The notes beneath the pieces were generated by a model that saw nothing but the letters and a program-made list of their open reading frames with translations, was not told the origin of the DNA and ran no database searches. A stretch of DNA of 20,000 bases, from IMG/VR virus record IMGVR_UViG_3300006752_000020; one strand, given 5' to 3'. Shown here in pieces: positions 1 through 9,242 of this stretch (position 1 is its first letter; every line of letters begins with the position of its first letter). Source of the stretch: an uncultured virus (IMG/VR IMGVR_UViG_3300006752_000020) (taxonomy: Duplodnaviria; Heunggongvirae; Uroviricota; Caudoviricetes). A program made the position numbers and the translations under genes.

Positions 1-2525
1 GTACCAAAACCAACAGGAGTTACACCGAACTCAGCACCAGGTTGAACAGCATTGTCAACATTAGCCAGGATTTTAGCAGAACGATCAGCATCGCTATCAA
101 CAATACCACCAATATATCCAATTTCTTGAATATATTCAATAGGATCGTGATACTCACTTAGAACTGTTTTAATACCAACTGCATCAGGACCATTACCTTG
201 GAAAAATAGGTTGTTAACATCAGAATTAGCATCAAACCAAAGACATCCAGCTTTAGATCCAACTGGTGTTCCATCATCTGTATTGCAGAGAATAAGACTA
301 CCAACAGATTGTGATATATCAATTGTCGAAGAAGGGGATAATGTATCGAATCCAACTCTAACAAAACTCCCGGTATCAGTACCACCAAGACCAGTATGAT
401 TACTGTAGAACTTGGCATTTTTATAAACTTCTACGGCATTAGAGTCATTTAGACTAACCTTAGTACCGATACCAACACCACCCTCAAAGATTGATTCTCC
501 ACCAACAAATTCCTGAGATGCATTTCTTCTCAGTCCAACATAGAAATCAACATCATCTTGACGCTTACCTGATGTAGTACCAATACCAATACCACCATAT
601 CCAATTACAGCAATTTCAGCATTGTCATCCATGCTGATTCCTTCTTCTACTCTAATACCACCAAGTGTAGTATTAAATCCAACCTTCTTAATTAGTAAGT
701 TAGTGTTATTTCCGTCAGTAATGTCAAGGTCAGCAACAGATGTAACACCGACAGATCCAATCATGAACTGACAACTAACCGCTCCTCCTACAACAACACT
801 TGTACCACTAATTTCTCCAGTACCACCATCTAACCGAATAGATCCAAATGTACTAATACCACCACCATTATAAACAAATGTACTCTGAAGAGTCAAAGAC
901 TCTGCGAAAAGTGATGTTGTAGTAATAATACCACTCAAGTTAGCAAATACTGTACCAGATGCAGAAACTTGTGTTGATAGATCCCCAAAGACTAAGGTAT
1001 CTGTAAGAATTCTACATGTGCCACCAATATTGACTTGCTTGAATGTTGCAGAGTCTCCACCAGTTTGAGTAATATCCCCGGTAATTGTTGTGTCATCAAG
1101 AGTTGCACTAGATCCTGGTACACAAGAGACAATGCCAAGTACAACTAACTCAGTAGCAGTAACATCAGAAATATTTACAGATCCGCCAAATGTACCACCG
1201 ATTGAAAGATCACCACCAATAGTAACATCACCACCAAATGTACCATCTCCTGAGAAATCAGCACCACCAATAACACCCAATCCCCTACCAAGTGCAGAGG
1301 ATGTACTACCTACACCAACAAAATTGGATACGATTACCTCACCACCAAATGTAGATATGCCAGTGTTTCTAATAAAGATGCTGTTAATTCCAAGAGAATC
1401 AATCTGATCAACACTAATATCAGGTACGCCAGTTAATCCTTGTGCCAAACCTGCGACACCAGTAATATCACCGATAACATCGCCAATGAATCCACCAGCA
1501 GCGCCAACCGAACCGCTAAATGTACCTGTTCCGACCACATCGAGATCATAATCGGGGTCAACTCTAGATTTACCAACACCAATCTTACCTTCACTAGTAA
1601 CAACTACACGAGGCTTATTCTTAATAGCATCTGGATCTAAATCATCTTGCCCCCAGAACTCAACTTGTCCGATAGGGGTATTACCTACACCAGTTACGGC
1701 ACCGTTGAAAAGAATTGCTTGTCTTGGAATAGCACCACTAGTTTCAATAAACCTAATGCCATGACGACTGTCTGCGTTAGATACAGTTCCAATGAAAGTA
1801 ATACTATTCTCATCATTAGTGAATGTCAATCCACGATCAGTGCCAATCATGGCACCTGATGCCATATTTAATCCACCAACAAATGAACCGATACCAGTCA
1901 GTTCAATATTACCACTACCACTGACAGTTTGAACGCCAACAATATCACCAACCAGGTTGATGTTACCTTGCTGTGCATTACCAGTAAGTGTAATATTTTT
2001 TGCACTCAGTCCTTCAAATGTACCAACACCACTAATAGCATCAACTCCAACAAGATCACCAACAGCAAAAGATGCCTGTGGGAATGTTACAGATACACCA
2101 ACAGGTCTAAATGCATATATTGTTGATCCTACTCCAGGTGTATCATTATCCCATACAGATGTTGGAAGGTTGGTTAATTGAGATCCATCACCCTCAAACT
2201 TGACAGCTCTTACTGTACCCCCAGTGGATATAGTAACACCCGTTGTTCCTACACCAACTTGAAATACTGCTTCAGGTACTGTTGTTCCAATTCCAACTGA
2301 ATATCCTACAGCAACATTAACATTGCCATAATGTGTTTGATATCCAATTACATTGACATCTCTAAAGTTAGCTTGATTTTCTACAATCAAGTTACCCCGA
2401 ATATCAAGTTCCTCTCTAGGAATAGTCGTGCCGATTCCGACTAGACCATTACTAGAGATTAGATCATCTGCATCAACCTGAATGCCATCTCTAAAGTTGA
2501 TGATTGTCTTGTAATTATTAGGCAT
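1..2525 (-). CDS. Tail fibre-like virion structural protein, 3' end outside the window (at least 841 aa)
   Basis: Absent from the ORF track because it has no stop in the window. Manual translation from ATG at 2525 (MPNNYKTIINFRDGIQVDADDLISSNGLVGIGTTIP...) stays open to the window edge (...GVTPVGFG). It is G/T/V/S-rich with repeated GIGT(T) motifs, typical of cyanomyovirus fibres, and has a late-promoter motif upstream. Confidence 0.85.
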   Translation of the reverse strand, partial: MPNNYKTIINFRDGIQVDADDLISSNGLVGIGTTIPREELDIRGNLIVENQANFRDVNVIGYQTHYGNVNVAVGYSVGIGTTVPEAVFQVGVGTTGVTISTGGTVRAVKFEGDGSQLTNLPTSVWDNDTPGVGSTIYAFRPVGVSVTFPQASFAVGDLVGVDAISGVGTFEGLSAKNITLTGNAQQGNINLVGDIVGVQTVSGSGNIELTGIGSFVGGLNMASGAMIGTDRGLTFTNDENSITFIGTVSNADSRHGIRFIETSGAIPRQAILFNGAVTGVGNTPIGQVEFWGQDDLDPDAIKNKPRVVVTSEGKIGVGKSRVDPDYDLDVVGTGTFSGSVGAAGGFIGDVIGDITGVAGLAQGLTGVPDISVDQIDSLGINSIFIRNTGISTFGGEVIVSNFVGVGSTSSALGRGLGVIGGADFSGDGTFGGDVTIGGDLSIGGTFGGSVNISDVTATELVVLGIVSCVPGSSATLDDTTITGDITQTGGDSATFKQVNIGGTCRILTDTLVFGDLSTQVSASGTVFANLSGIITTTSLFAESLTLQSTFVYNGGGISTFGSIRLDGGTGEISGTSVVVGGAVSCQFMIGSVGVTSVADLDITDGNNTNLLIKKVGFNTTLGGIRVEEGISMDDNAEIAVIGYGGIGIGTTSGKRQDDVDFYVGLRRNASQEFVGGESIFEGGVGIGTKVSLNDSNAVEVYKNAKFYSNHTGLGGTDTGSFVRVGFDTLSPSSTIDISQSVGSLILCNTDDGTPVGSKAGCLWFDANSDVNNLFFQGNGPDAVGIKTVLSEYHDPIEYIQEIGYIGGIVDSDADRSAKILANVDNAVQPGAEFGVTPVGFG

Positions 2526-2552
2526 TATCTTTTAGTGGCAAGACCTTTTTAC

Positions 2553-5500
2553 TTATTTATCCTTTAGTTCATCAACCTGTGAACTCAGGTCTTTGACTGC
2601 TTCAATAAGGAGAGGAATTAGTTTGTTATAGTGGACACCTTTAGTGCCATCAGGTTTGGTAGATACTGCCTCAGGGAGAACTTTTTCTACATCTTGAGCG
2701 ATAACGCCAACATCGTGACCTGTATAGCTCTTGTTACCTTCCTTCCAATCGTATTCAGTACCACGAATCTGCATAACCTTAGCGAGAGGATTATCAAGTG
2801 TGGAAACATTTTCCTTCATAGCAAGGTCAGATGTCTGACCATAGAAAGCAACAATGTCATCACATACATGGAGTGGACCACCACAATATGTAAATCCTGC
2901 ACCACTCATGAATACATCACCAGAGAATGTGGTGAAACCATTGAAGTTAACCTGCTTCTCAAATGTTACAGATGCTGTGTACCTAGTATCAGTTGCGATA
3001 GCAACAGCGAATCCAGTTGCAGCATTAAGAACAAGATCACCAGATCCAGCAACTGTTCTAATTTCTGTCTGTTGAGTACCAACACCAACCAGAACATTGT
3101 TTAACTTAGCACCATTCGGGAAGTTTCCAACAATTTCAAGACTTCCACCAAGTTCAACAGTACCACTAGTAATTAAGTCATCAGTGAAGTTAACATCGTT
3201 GGAGAATGTGACAGGACCATCAAACTGAGATAGGATATTCTGTTGAGGACCACCTTCAACAATGATTCTTTGTCTAACAATAACTTCATCAAATACAACA
3301 GAGTTACTAGATGCAGATTCACCTGTTACAGTAGGAATAGGAATACCGAAGGATGATTCTTCACCACTAGAAGAAGAGATTCTCTTGTTACCAATGTAGA
3401 AGTCACCTTCATTATTCAGACCAGTATATACAATTGCACCTGCTGATCTTTCTTGTGCCTGTGACAAATACTCTTCATCATCAGTCAGTGTTCTGTTCTG
3501 TACTTGGGGAAGACCTGTTGAATAGTTACCAGGACCATATCCAAGATATTCAAATGTGTATCCAGATGCACGAAGAATCGATGGACGACGCATTTCAATA
3601 GCTAAAGGATCGACTTTTCTGATCAATGATCCTACATAATGTTCTGCCGGTAGTGTACCAAGCGCACCTCGAATAACACGAAGACCATCATTACCACCAC
3701 CAATCAAACCTTTTTCAGATACTCTCATGATCTCAGCATCAACCTCAACATAATCACCAAGTTGGAATCTTAAATCAGTACCAATACCAGCATTGGGAAG
3801 TTGTAGTCTAAGTGTTGTTGATGTTGCATCTAGTGCATCTTTAGCAGTTGCATGCTCGCCACCATATAGATTGGTATATCTCGATCCAATAGCTTCACTA
3901 AGTGGAACTGTCTGATTATTACCATTGAATGCAGTTTTATACAGTCTATATCCAGCACTATAATTGATATCATTTACTGTTGTAGTAGTAAATGTGTTAA
4001 TACCTGCAACTGTATTAACCGTAAATTCTCCAAGATTGTTGCTACTAGCATCTACAATCTTGAATCTAGATCCTTTACGGAGTCCGTGAGGATAAGATGT
4101 TGTGACAGTTGTCAATCCTAATGTGCTATCAAAATGAGTTGATGCTAGAGAGACAGAAGGTGTAACTCTGTAAGCATATTGACCTTCAATAACAATAGGA
4201 TCGCCAGATGTTACTGCAATAGCAATACTATTCTTATCTGGTACACTAGTAATTCGGAATAATCCATCACTAGTTGTGCCAATACCAGTAATTGATACTA
4301 CATCACCAATACATGATGAAATACCAGAAGTGGGAACACCAATAGAAGATCCGGGATAATTCTCAATTGTTAATGTTTCTCCACCAGAGAAACCAGAACC
4401 AGGAGCAAATACTTCAAATCCAGTAATGGTAGTAGAACCAACACCTACAGTAACTGTAGCTGTGGCACCATTCCAAACACTACCATTTAGTAGTCTTATA
4501 TTATGTTGTGTAGTTACAGCATATCCCGTAGAAGATACCAAATTCTCGTGAATCTTAAGTCCACCTAAATCATGTTGGTTTTCAAAGGTAACTGTACAGA
4601 CACCAGCAGAAATACCAGTAACACTGGATACTGCATAACCAACATTAAATGTAGTTAAGAACTTATCAACAGTTTCTCTGGTCAAAGAGTTCTTAAGATC
4701 ATTTACATCAACTTTACCCAAAGGTGAGCGTCTTGCAAATGATTTTGCAGCTGGTGGGTTAATTAGAACATTATCTCTATCCTGTTGTGGATAGTAAAAA
4801 GTAACATTCTGCTCATATTTCTTAGGAGTAAACTCCTGAGGTGGTGAATAGTCAGCAGAAAGAAGTTCTAAGATGTAAACACCATCCTCCTGTCCAGCGA
4901 GATATTTTTCAACAACGGTACTACGATATACTGAGAAGTTTTTCTTATTATTGTTAATTGCAAATCTAGGCAGGAATAAATTTCTGCTGTTGACAGTAGA
5001 GACAAAATTACCAGTGTTTCTTTCTACACCACCATTGTCAGTATTGCCATAATTAAATTGATATGCATCAATTAATCCACTAACAGTAAAATATCCATTG
5101 TATCCTTTGTTAGCAAGTCCACCAGTATTATTAGAGTCTTGAACATTCTCTACGAAGATGATATCTCCAACCTCAACCATGTGAGGTAATTCAGTTCTAA
5201 CAGTAACAACAGATCCTGTTTCACTGATATCAGCAATAAACTGATGATTTCTCTTAAAGTTGTTATCGTCAAGAGAAATTGTAGTTGATGACGGATCACT
5301 AGTCTTAGCAAATCCAGTGAGGCTAGAGTTTTGGATGATGAAACCATTTACAGGGTCTCTAGAGTTTCCTGCCTCTTTAGGAATAACATATCTTACCTTA
5401 TACAACTTATCTTCAATACTTCTCTTATCTTCAAATCTTCTGATGAAACCAATGTTAGTTCCAGCTCCAGCGTCTAAATTGATATTTGTTTGAATCTGAG

Positions 5501-7787
5501 GATAGATTGTATTACCATCCTCTACATGCAAGAACCATTGTTCCTGGTTAATATCCCATTGAATTGGATGACCAATATCACCAGTTTGCTTATCAGATAC
5601 TGTACTTTGAACTCTTAATGATGAACCACCAAATAATTCAATGGGGATACCATTAATAGCATTGGAGAATGTAGTTGCTACTTTTAGTTCGGTTGGAGAA
5701 TCTACGATAGCATAATATATTCTATTAAATTGAAGACCTTCTGGGAGATCACCATCATCACTGAAGATTCTAATCTTCTCACCTGTTACCAAACCAATAG
5801 CAGTATTGGTCATTGCAAACTGACTATTTGGAACAGTTAGACTGCTATTTTTAGACCCAGTTTGATCACCAAGGATTGCTGTCGCAACACCAGACAGAAC
5901 ATTCTCTGACATACGAACATCAGCATTATATTCTGTACCACCAATAGAGACATATAATTTTTCTGTATTATTGGCACCAATTCTAAAACCCTGAGAGAGT
6001 GATAGAGGTGGTTCATCCTGACGATCAAACCCGAAGATATACAGGTGACTGGATAAACCAACATTTTTGGTCTTACTTACATCTAACTGGTAGAAACTTA
6101 CAGTATCAATTTTAGATGCTGATGTATCTACATGCTGAGGTGTGGTGATATGTGTAATATATCCTTGATCATCTCTTGGGAATGCTGCATCTCTAAATCC
6201 ATCTGCTAATAGAGCAAATTGACCAAAGTTAGAGTTTGAGTTAGTAATAGATGCGTCAGCACCACTTTCACCAACAAAGTGAGCATTGTAACCAATAGCA
6301 AAAACAGAAACGACTTGAACAACAGCGTTTTCTGAGATCTTGATATGAGATTGTTCCCATCCTTGTCTATAAACTGCACCAGAGTCTAGGTGATAAACAG
6401 TGGTGGCATCAGTAGATGAAGATTCTGCTGAAAGCGTAGATCCAGATACTTTTTGATATGCAATACCTTCGTAGAGTCTAGATTGTGAGTTGTACTTAAC
6501 AAATGCACGGTCATCTTTTTGTAGACTAATTCCAGTGAATTGAGCCACAACCATTGAACGGAAACCAGTAGCTTTACTACCATCCGTATGCATCCCATTC
6601 ATGCCAAAGACAGAACGCAATGAGATATTAAAGATATATGGAGATGCGCCAGTTACCGTATCAGATTCAATAGTAACAACAGCACTTGTAATGTTAGAAG
6701 GTGTTGCTGGTAAATTATTTGGAAAGGTTGCAAGGCTATATGTAAATGTAGTAGCATCTACAATAGATTGAACAATTGTTGAGATATTGTATTGTGATAC
6801 ATTTACACCACTAATCTTAATAGGAGTACCGGCACTTAATCCGTGCTCCAGTTGTGTCGTAACAGTGATCTGAGATGTAGGACTTAAACCATCACCAGAG
6901 ATGATACTTGCAATCTCTAGAGGGTCAGTACCAAGAGCACCAACGATCTCATTTTCTTGACGAACTGCTTCAAAGTCACCTTGATTTTCAGGCCATTCGT
7001 ATGAAATAGCACGACCAGATGCTTCTTGGAAAGCATATGTCAGCTTGTAATAATACATGCTGAGGTCAGTGATACCATAACCTTTGACATCATTCTTACC
7101 ATCAGCATACTCAAAACAAGTAAGTTTGTGGTGAGAAAATGCTGGAAATGATCTATTGTCGTCATTAAATTGCTGGTGATCAGTAAATACTAATCGATCA
7201 CCCACTCCATCGAAGAAAGAGAATTGCCAGAAGTAACAGTTACCAGTAATTCTGAAAATACTACTTGCAGGAACATCATCATCTGTAGGATTAGGTACAT
7301 ACAGAGGACGAAGTTTAGTCTTTCTAAGATCAAGTCCAACAACGGAAGTACCACGAGGTACAATTACACCACCGTTGACGGAGTTGAATCTATATAATTG
7401 ATTGTTTTCTACGGTTAGATCAAATTCACTTGTCAATGACAAAGAAAATTCAGTTGTGCCTAATGTTTCTGCACCGATTGGAGATACGCCAACCGCCCTA
7501 GTCGGATCACTGGGATCTTTTTTAATAGCAAAACCAGGACGATTGTCGATGAAGTGATCACCGGGAAACAAGAGAATAGTTGTCTTGTCAGTAATATCGT
7601 TATCGAATCCAGTTTGATACGAGAATCGTGCAGATTCTAATAATGCTCGCTGAATAGTTTTGAAGGGTTTTGTTAAGGAGTTACCCTGGTTCGTGATACT
7701 ATCAGTGGCATCAAGATCGTTAGGGTTAACATAAAGAATTTTACCTTCAGTATTCTTGATGAAATTCTCTAGCTTATTAAGTGGCAT
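2553..7787 (-). CDS. Large tail fibre/tailspike-like structural protein with C-terminal intramolecular chaperone (peptidase S74-like)
   Basis: 1744-aa ORF. N-terminal LYVNP...GNSLTKPFKTIQRAL motif as in cyanophage structural proteins; repeated HGL..G..I.I modules; C-terminus SDLAMKEN...YDWK...GVIAQDVEKVLPEAV...VHYNKLIPLLIEAVKDL fits the S74 autocleaving chaperone pattern. Confidence 0.85.
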   Translation of the reverse strand: MPLNKLENFIKNTEGKILYVNPNDLDATDSITNQGNSLTKPFKTIQRALLESARFSYQTGFDNDITDKTTILLFPGDHFIDNRPGFAIKKDPSDPTRAVGVSPIGAETLGTTEFSLSLTSEFDLTVENNQLYRFNSVNGGVIVPRGTSVVGLDLRKTKLRPLYVPNPTDDDVPASSIFRITGNCYFWQFSFFDGVGDRLVFTDHQQFNDDNRSFPAFSHHKLTCFEYADGKNDVKGYGITDLSMYYYKLTYAFQEASGRAISYEWPENQGDFEAVRQENEIVGALGTDPLEIASIISGDGLSPTSQITVTTQLEHGLSAGTPIKISGVNVSQYNISTIVQSIVDATTFTYSLATFPNNLPATPSNITSAVVTIESDTVTGASPYIFNISLRSVFGMNGMHTDGSKATGFRSMVVAQFTGISLQKDDRAFVKYNSQSRLYEGIAYQKVSGSTLSAESSSTDATTVYHLDSGAVYRQGWEQSHIKISENAVVQVVSVFAIGYNAHFVGESGADASITNSNSNFGQFALLADGFRDAAFPRDDQGYITHITTPQHVDTSASKIDTVSFYQLDVSKTKNVGLSSHLYIFGFDRQDEPPLSLSQGFRIGANNTEKLYVSIGGTEYNADVRMSENVLSGVATAILGDQTGSKNSSLTVPNSQFAMTNTAIGLVTGEKIRIFSDDGDLPEGLQFNRIYYAIVDSPTELKVATTFSNAINGIPIELFGGSSLRVQSTVSDKQTGDIGHPIQWDINQEQWFLHVEDGNTIYPQIQTNINLDAGAGTNIGFIRRFEDKRSIEDKLYKVRYVIPKEAGNSRDPVNGFIIQNSSLTGFAKTSDPSSTTISLDDNNFKRNHQFIADISETGSVVTVRTELPHMVEVGDIIFVENVQDSNNTGGLANKGYNGYFTVSGLIDAYQFNYGNTDNGGVERNTGNFVSTVNSRNLFLPRFAINNNKKNFSVYRSTVVEKYLAGQEDGVYILELLSADYSPPQEFTPKKYEQNVTFYYPQQDRDNVLINPPAAKSFARRSPLGKVDVNDLKNSLTRETVDKFLTTFNVGYAVSSVTGISAGVCTVTFENQHDLGGLKIHENLVSSTGYAVTTQHNIRLLNGSVWNGATATVTVGVGSTTITGFEVFAPGSGFSGGETLTIENYPGSSIGVPTSGISSCIGDVVSITGIGTTSDGLFRITSVPDKNSIAIAVTSGDPIVIEGQYAYRVTPSVSLASTHFDSTLGLTTVTTSYPHGLRKGSRFKIVDASSNNLGEFTVNTVAGINTFTTTTVNDINYSAGYRLYKTAFNGNNQTVPLSEAIGSRYTNLYGGEHATAKDALDATSTTLRLQLPNAGIGTDLRFQLGDYVEVDAEIMRVSEKGLIGGGNDGLRVIRGALGTLPAEHYVGSLIRKVDPLAIEMRRPSILRASGYTFEYLGYGPGNYSTGLPQVQNRTLTDDEEYLSQAQERSAGAIVYTGLNNEGDFYIGNKRISSSSGEESSFGIPIPTVTGESASSNSVVFDEVIVRQRIIVEGGPQQNILSQFDGPVTFSNDVNFTDDLITSGTVELGGSLEIVGNFPNGAKLNNVLVGVGTQQTEIRTVAGSGDLVLNAATGFAVAIATDTRYTASVTFEKQVNFNGFTTFSGDVFMSGAGFTYCGGPLHVCDDIVAFYGQTSDLAMKENVSTLDNPLAKVMQIRGTEYDWKEGNKSYTGHDVGVIAQDVEKVLPEAVSTKPDGTKGVHYNKLIPLLIEAVKDLSSQVDELKDK
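2554..2561 (-). promoter_or_regulatory. T4-like late promoter motif (GATAAATA)
   Basis: Matches the NATAAATA late consensus, overlaps the stop codon of the 1744-aa gene and lies about 30 nt upstream of the ATG at 2525. Confidence 0.65.
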
Positions 7788-7819
7788 CTCTCTTCAGACT
7801 GAGAACTGTGTGCTCTGAC

Positions 7820-7834
7820 TATTTAGACTAAATA
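7820..7834. promoter_or_regulatory. Back-to-back divergent late promoter motifs (TATTTAG-A-CTAAATA)
   Basis: CTAAATA occurs on both strands as a 7-bp inverted repeat in the 73-nt gap between divergent starts at 7787 (-) and 7861 (+). Confidence 0.65.
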
Positions 7835-7860
7835 AGCAGTGATCTCTGCGGCTAATTTTC

Positions 7861-8439
7861 ATGTCTGATATTAGACCGATTAAATGGGTAGCAATTGGCA
7901 CGGGCACATTGTTTGCTATAGCGCACATTGGTGTTCTTGGACATTTAATCAATACAACAAAAACGCCAGAAGTTCCAATTATTAATTTACCCAGAGGAGA
8001 TTATTCTTCTTACAAAATTGAAGCAAGTAAAGACGGATATAGTATAGAGTATAAAGCGAACGATCCTGCTGTTCTTAATTCTGAAAGATCTCTTGACTTA
8101 GATAAAAATAAGAATGGATTCTTTGGTGGTAATAGTAATGAAAGGAGAACTGAATATCGCCGTGATGAATACACAATGGACGGCACTCGTAACTTAGGAG
8201 GTGCTGGATTAGACAGCGAGGGAAAGTCTGCAAAAGAAGTAGAGTGTTTGATCGCGGACGCTGGAGCACGATCACAAGGTGCAATGGCAGGAACTAGCAT
8301 TGCTGCCGGTATTGGTGTTCCTGCTGTGATTGGTATTCCATATGTTGGATGGTTAGCAGCTGGATGGATTTCACTTTTGGGTGGTAAGATTGGATCCGAG
8401 GCAGGATCTACAGTTGGATCCGTATTTAATGATTGCTGA
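7861..8439 (+). CDS. Hypothetical membrane protein (N-terminal hydrophobic helix, C-terminal glycine-zipper-like segment)
   Basis: 192-aa ORF. WVAIGTGTLFAIAHIGVLGHL at the N-terminus; Cys-flanked G/A-rich hydrophobic C-terminus (GAMAGTSIAAGIG...IPYVGWLAAGW...GGKIGSEAGSTVG). Confidence 0.8.
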   Translation: MSDIRPIKWVAIGTGTLFAIAHIGVLGHLINTTKTPEVPIINLPRGDYSSYKIEASKDGYSIEYKANDPAVLNSERSLDLDKNKNGFFGGNSNERRTEYRRDEYTMDGTRNLGGAGLDSEGKSAKEVECLIADAGARSQGAMAGTSIAAGIGVPAVIGIPYVGWLAAGWISLLGGKIGSEAGSTVGSVFNDC

Positions 8440-9242
8440 TGGCCGAAATACCTAACATTGATCTTTCAGTTCGGCAAATTAATATTAACTCACTAGGTAT
8501 ACCTGATGTGCCTAAATGGTTGACATCTGAACCACCTCAGGCTATACCAATCTATCCACCAGTTACTTCACAAATTGGCACACCTATTATAAACATGCCA
8601 GGATGTGTTGAGTCTCATAGAGATAGTGGTGAGAATCAAACACTCAAGGAAGAAGATAAAGATGGTGTCCAGATATTTTGTGATGCAGGAACACCTAGTT
8701 TTAACCCAATAGATTATGATCCAAATAAGTTGGAGATAACAACAGAGTCTCCACCACCTCCACCCATTACACCTCCTGAGAAAGAAGATACTAAAACAGA
8801 TACCGAAGCACCACCACCTCCTCCACCGCCTGCAAAGGCAGAGTGTCCTACAAGAGAGCAGCAGTTAAAGAACCCTGTAGGAAAAGTATTACAAAATGAT
8901 AAAAAAATTACTAGGTATGAGACAGTAGGAAAAGAATGTCTCCCCGTATTTGAGAATTTAAATATACCAGATCAGATTATTGCTAACCTACCATCTCCAG
9001 GTGCTGTAACTGTTACCGCCTCAATTGCTGTAGTCGCGACGACATCTGCACTGCTTGCAAAGCCTCTTGCTGATCTTTTGTTAAAGGTTGTGAAACCGAC
9101 TGTGAAGAAGGTAATGAAGAAGATTGCGACCTTACGGGGTAAGACGCCCCCGGTACTGTCTGCGTCTGAGAGGAAGGCTGAGCAACGGGATCGGAACCGG
9201 GCGATAAAGATTTTACGGTCGGCACTGAAACCGAAGGGATAG
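8439..9242 (+). CDS. Hypothetical proline-rich membrane-anchored protein
   Basis: The ATG at 8439 overlaps the upstream stop (TGATG), so it is preferred over the TTG at 8433. Four Cys residues, poly-Pro linker, hydrophobic helix AVTVTASIAVVATTSALLA and a basic tail. Confidence 0.8.
   Translation: MAEIPNIDLSVRQININSLGIPDVPKWLTSEPPQAIPIYPPVTSQIGTPIINMPGCVESHRDSGENQTLKEEDKDGVQIFCDAGTPSFNPIDYDPNKLEITTESPPPPPITPPEKEDTKTDTEAPPPPPPPAKAECPTREQQLKNPVGKVLQNDKKITRYETVGKECLPVFENLNIPDQIIANLPSPGAVTVTASIAVVATTSALLAKPLADLLLKVVKPTVKKVMKKIATLRGKTPPVLSASERKAEQRDRNRAIKILRSALKPKG

Noticed and set aside
158..2181. Short ORFs from the track (158-418, 211-399, 1090-1407, 1440-1640, 1647-1859, 1929-2126, 1957-2181)
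   Set aside because: Shadow frames of the long minus-strand fibre gene at 1-2525.
2825..2840. Inverted repeat GGTCAGA-TG-TCTGACC at the chaperone cleavage-site codons
   Set aside because: Short, intragenic, 2-nt loop; compatible with chance and has no other support.
2631..6598. Short ORFs inside the 1744-aa gene
   Set aside because: Antisense or alternative-frame shadows with no recognisable motifs.
1..7787. Diversity-generating retroelement or invertase-type variation of the tail fibres
   Set aside because: No reverse transcriptase, recombinase or template/variable repeat pair was seen in this window.
8010..8300. Minus-strand ORFs of 96 aa and 69 aa
   Set aside because: Antisense to the 192-aa gene, which has a promoter motif and a coupled downstream gene.
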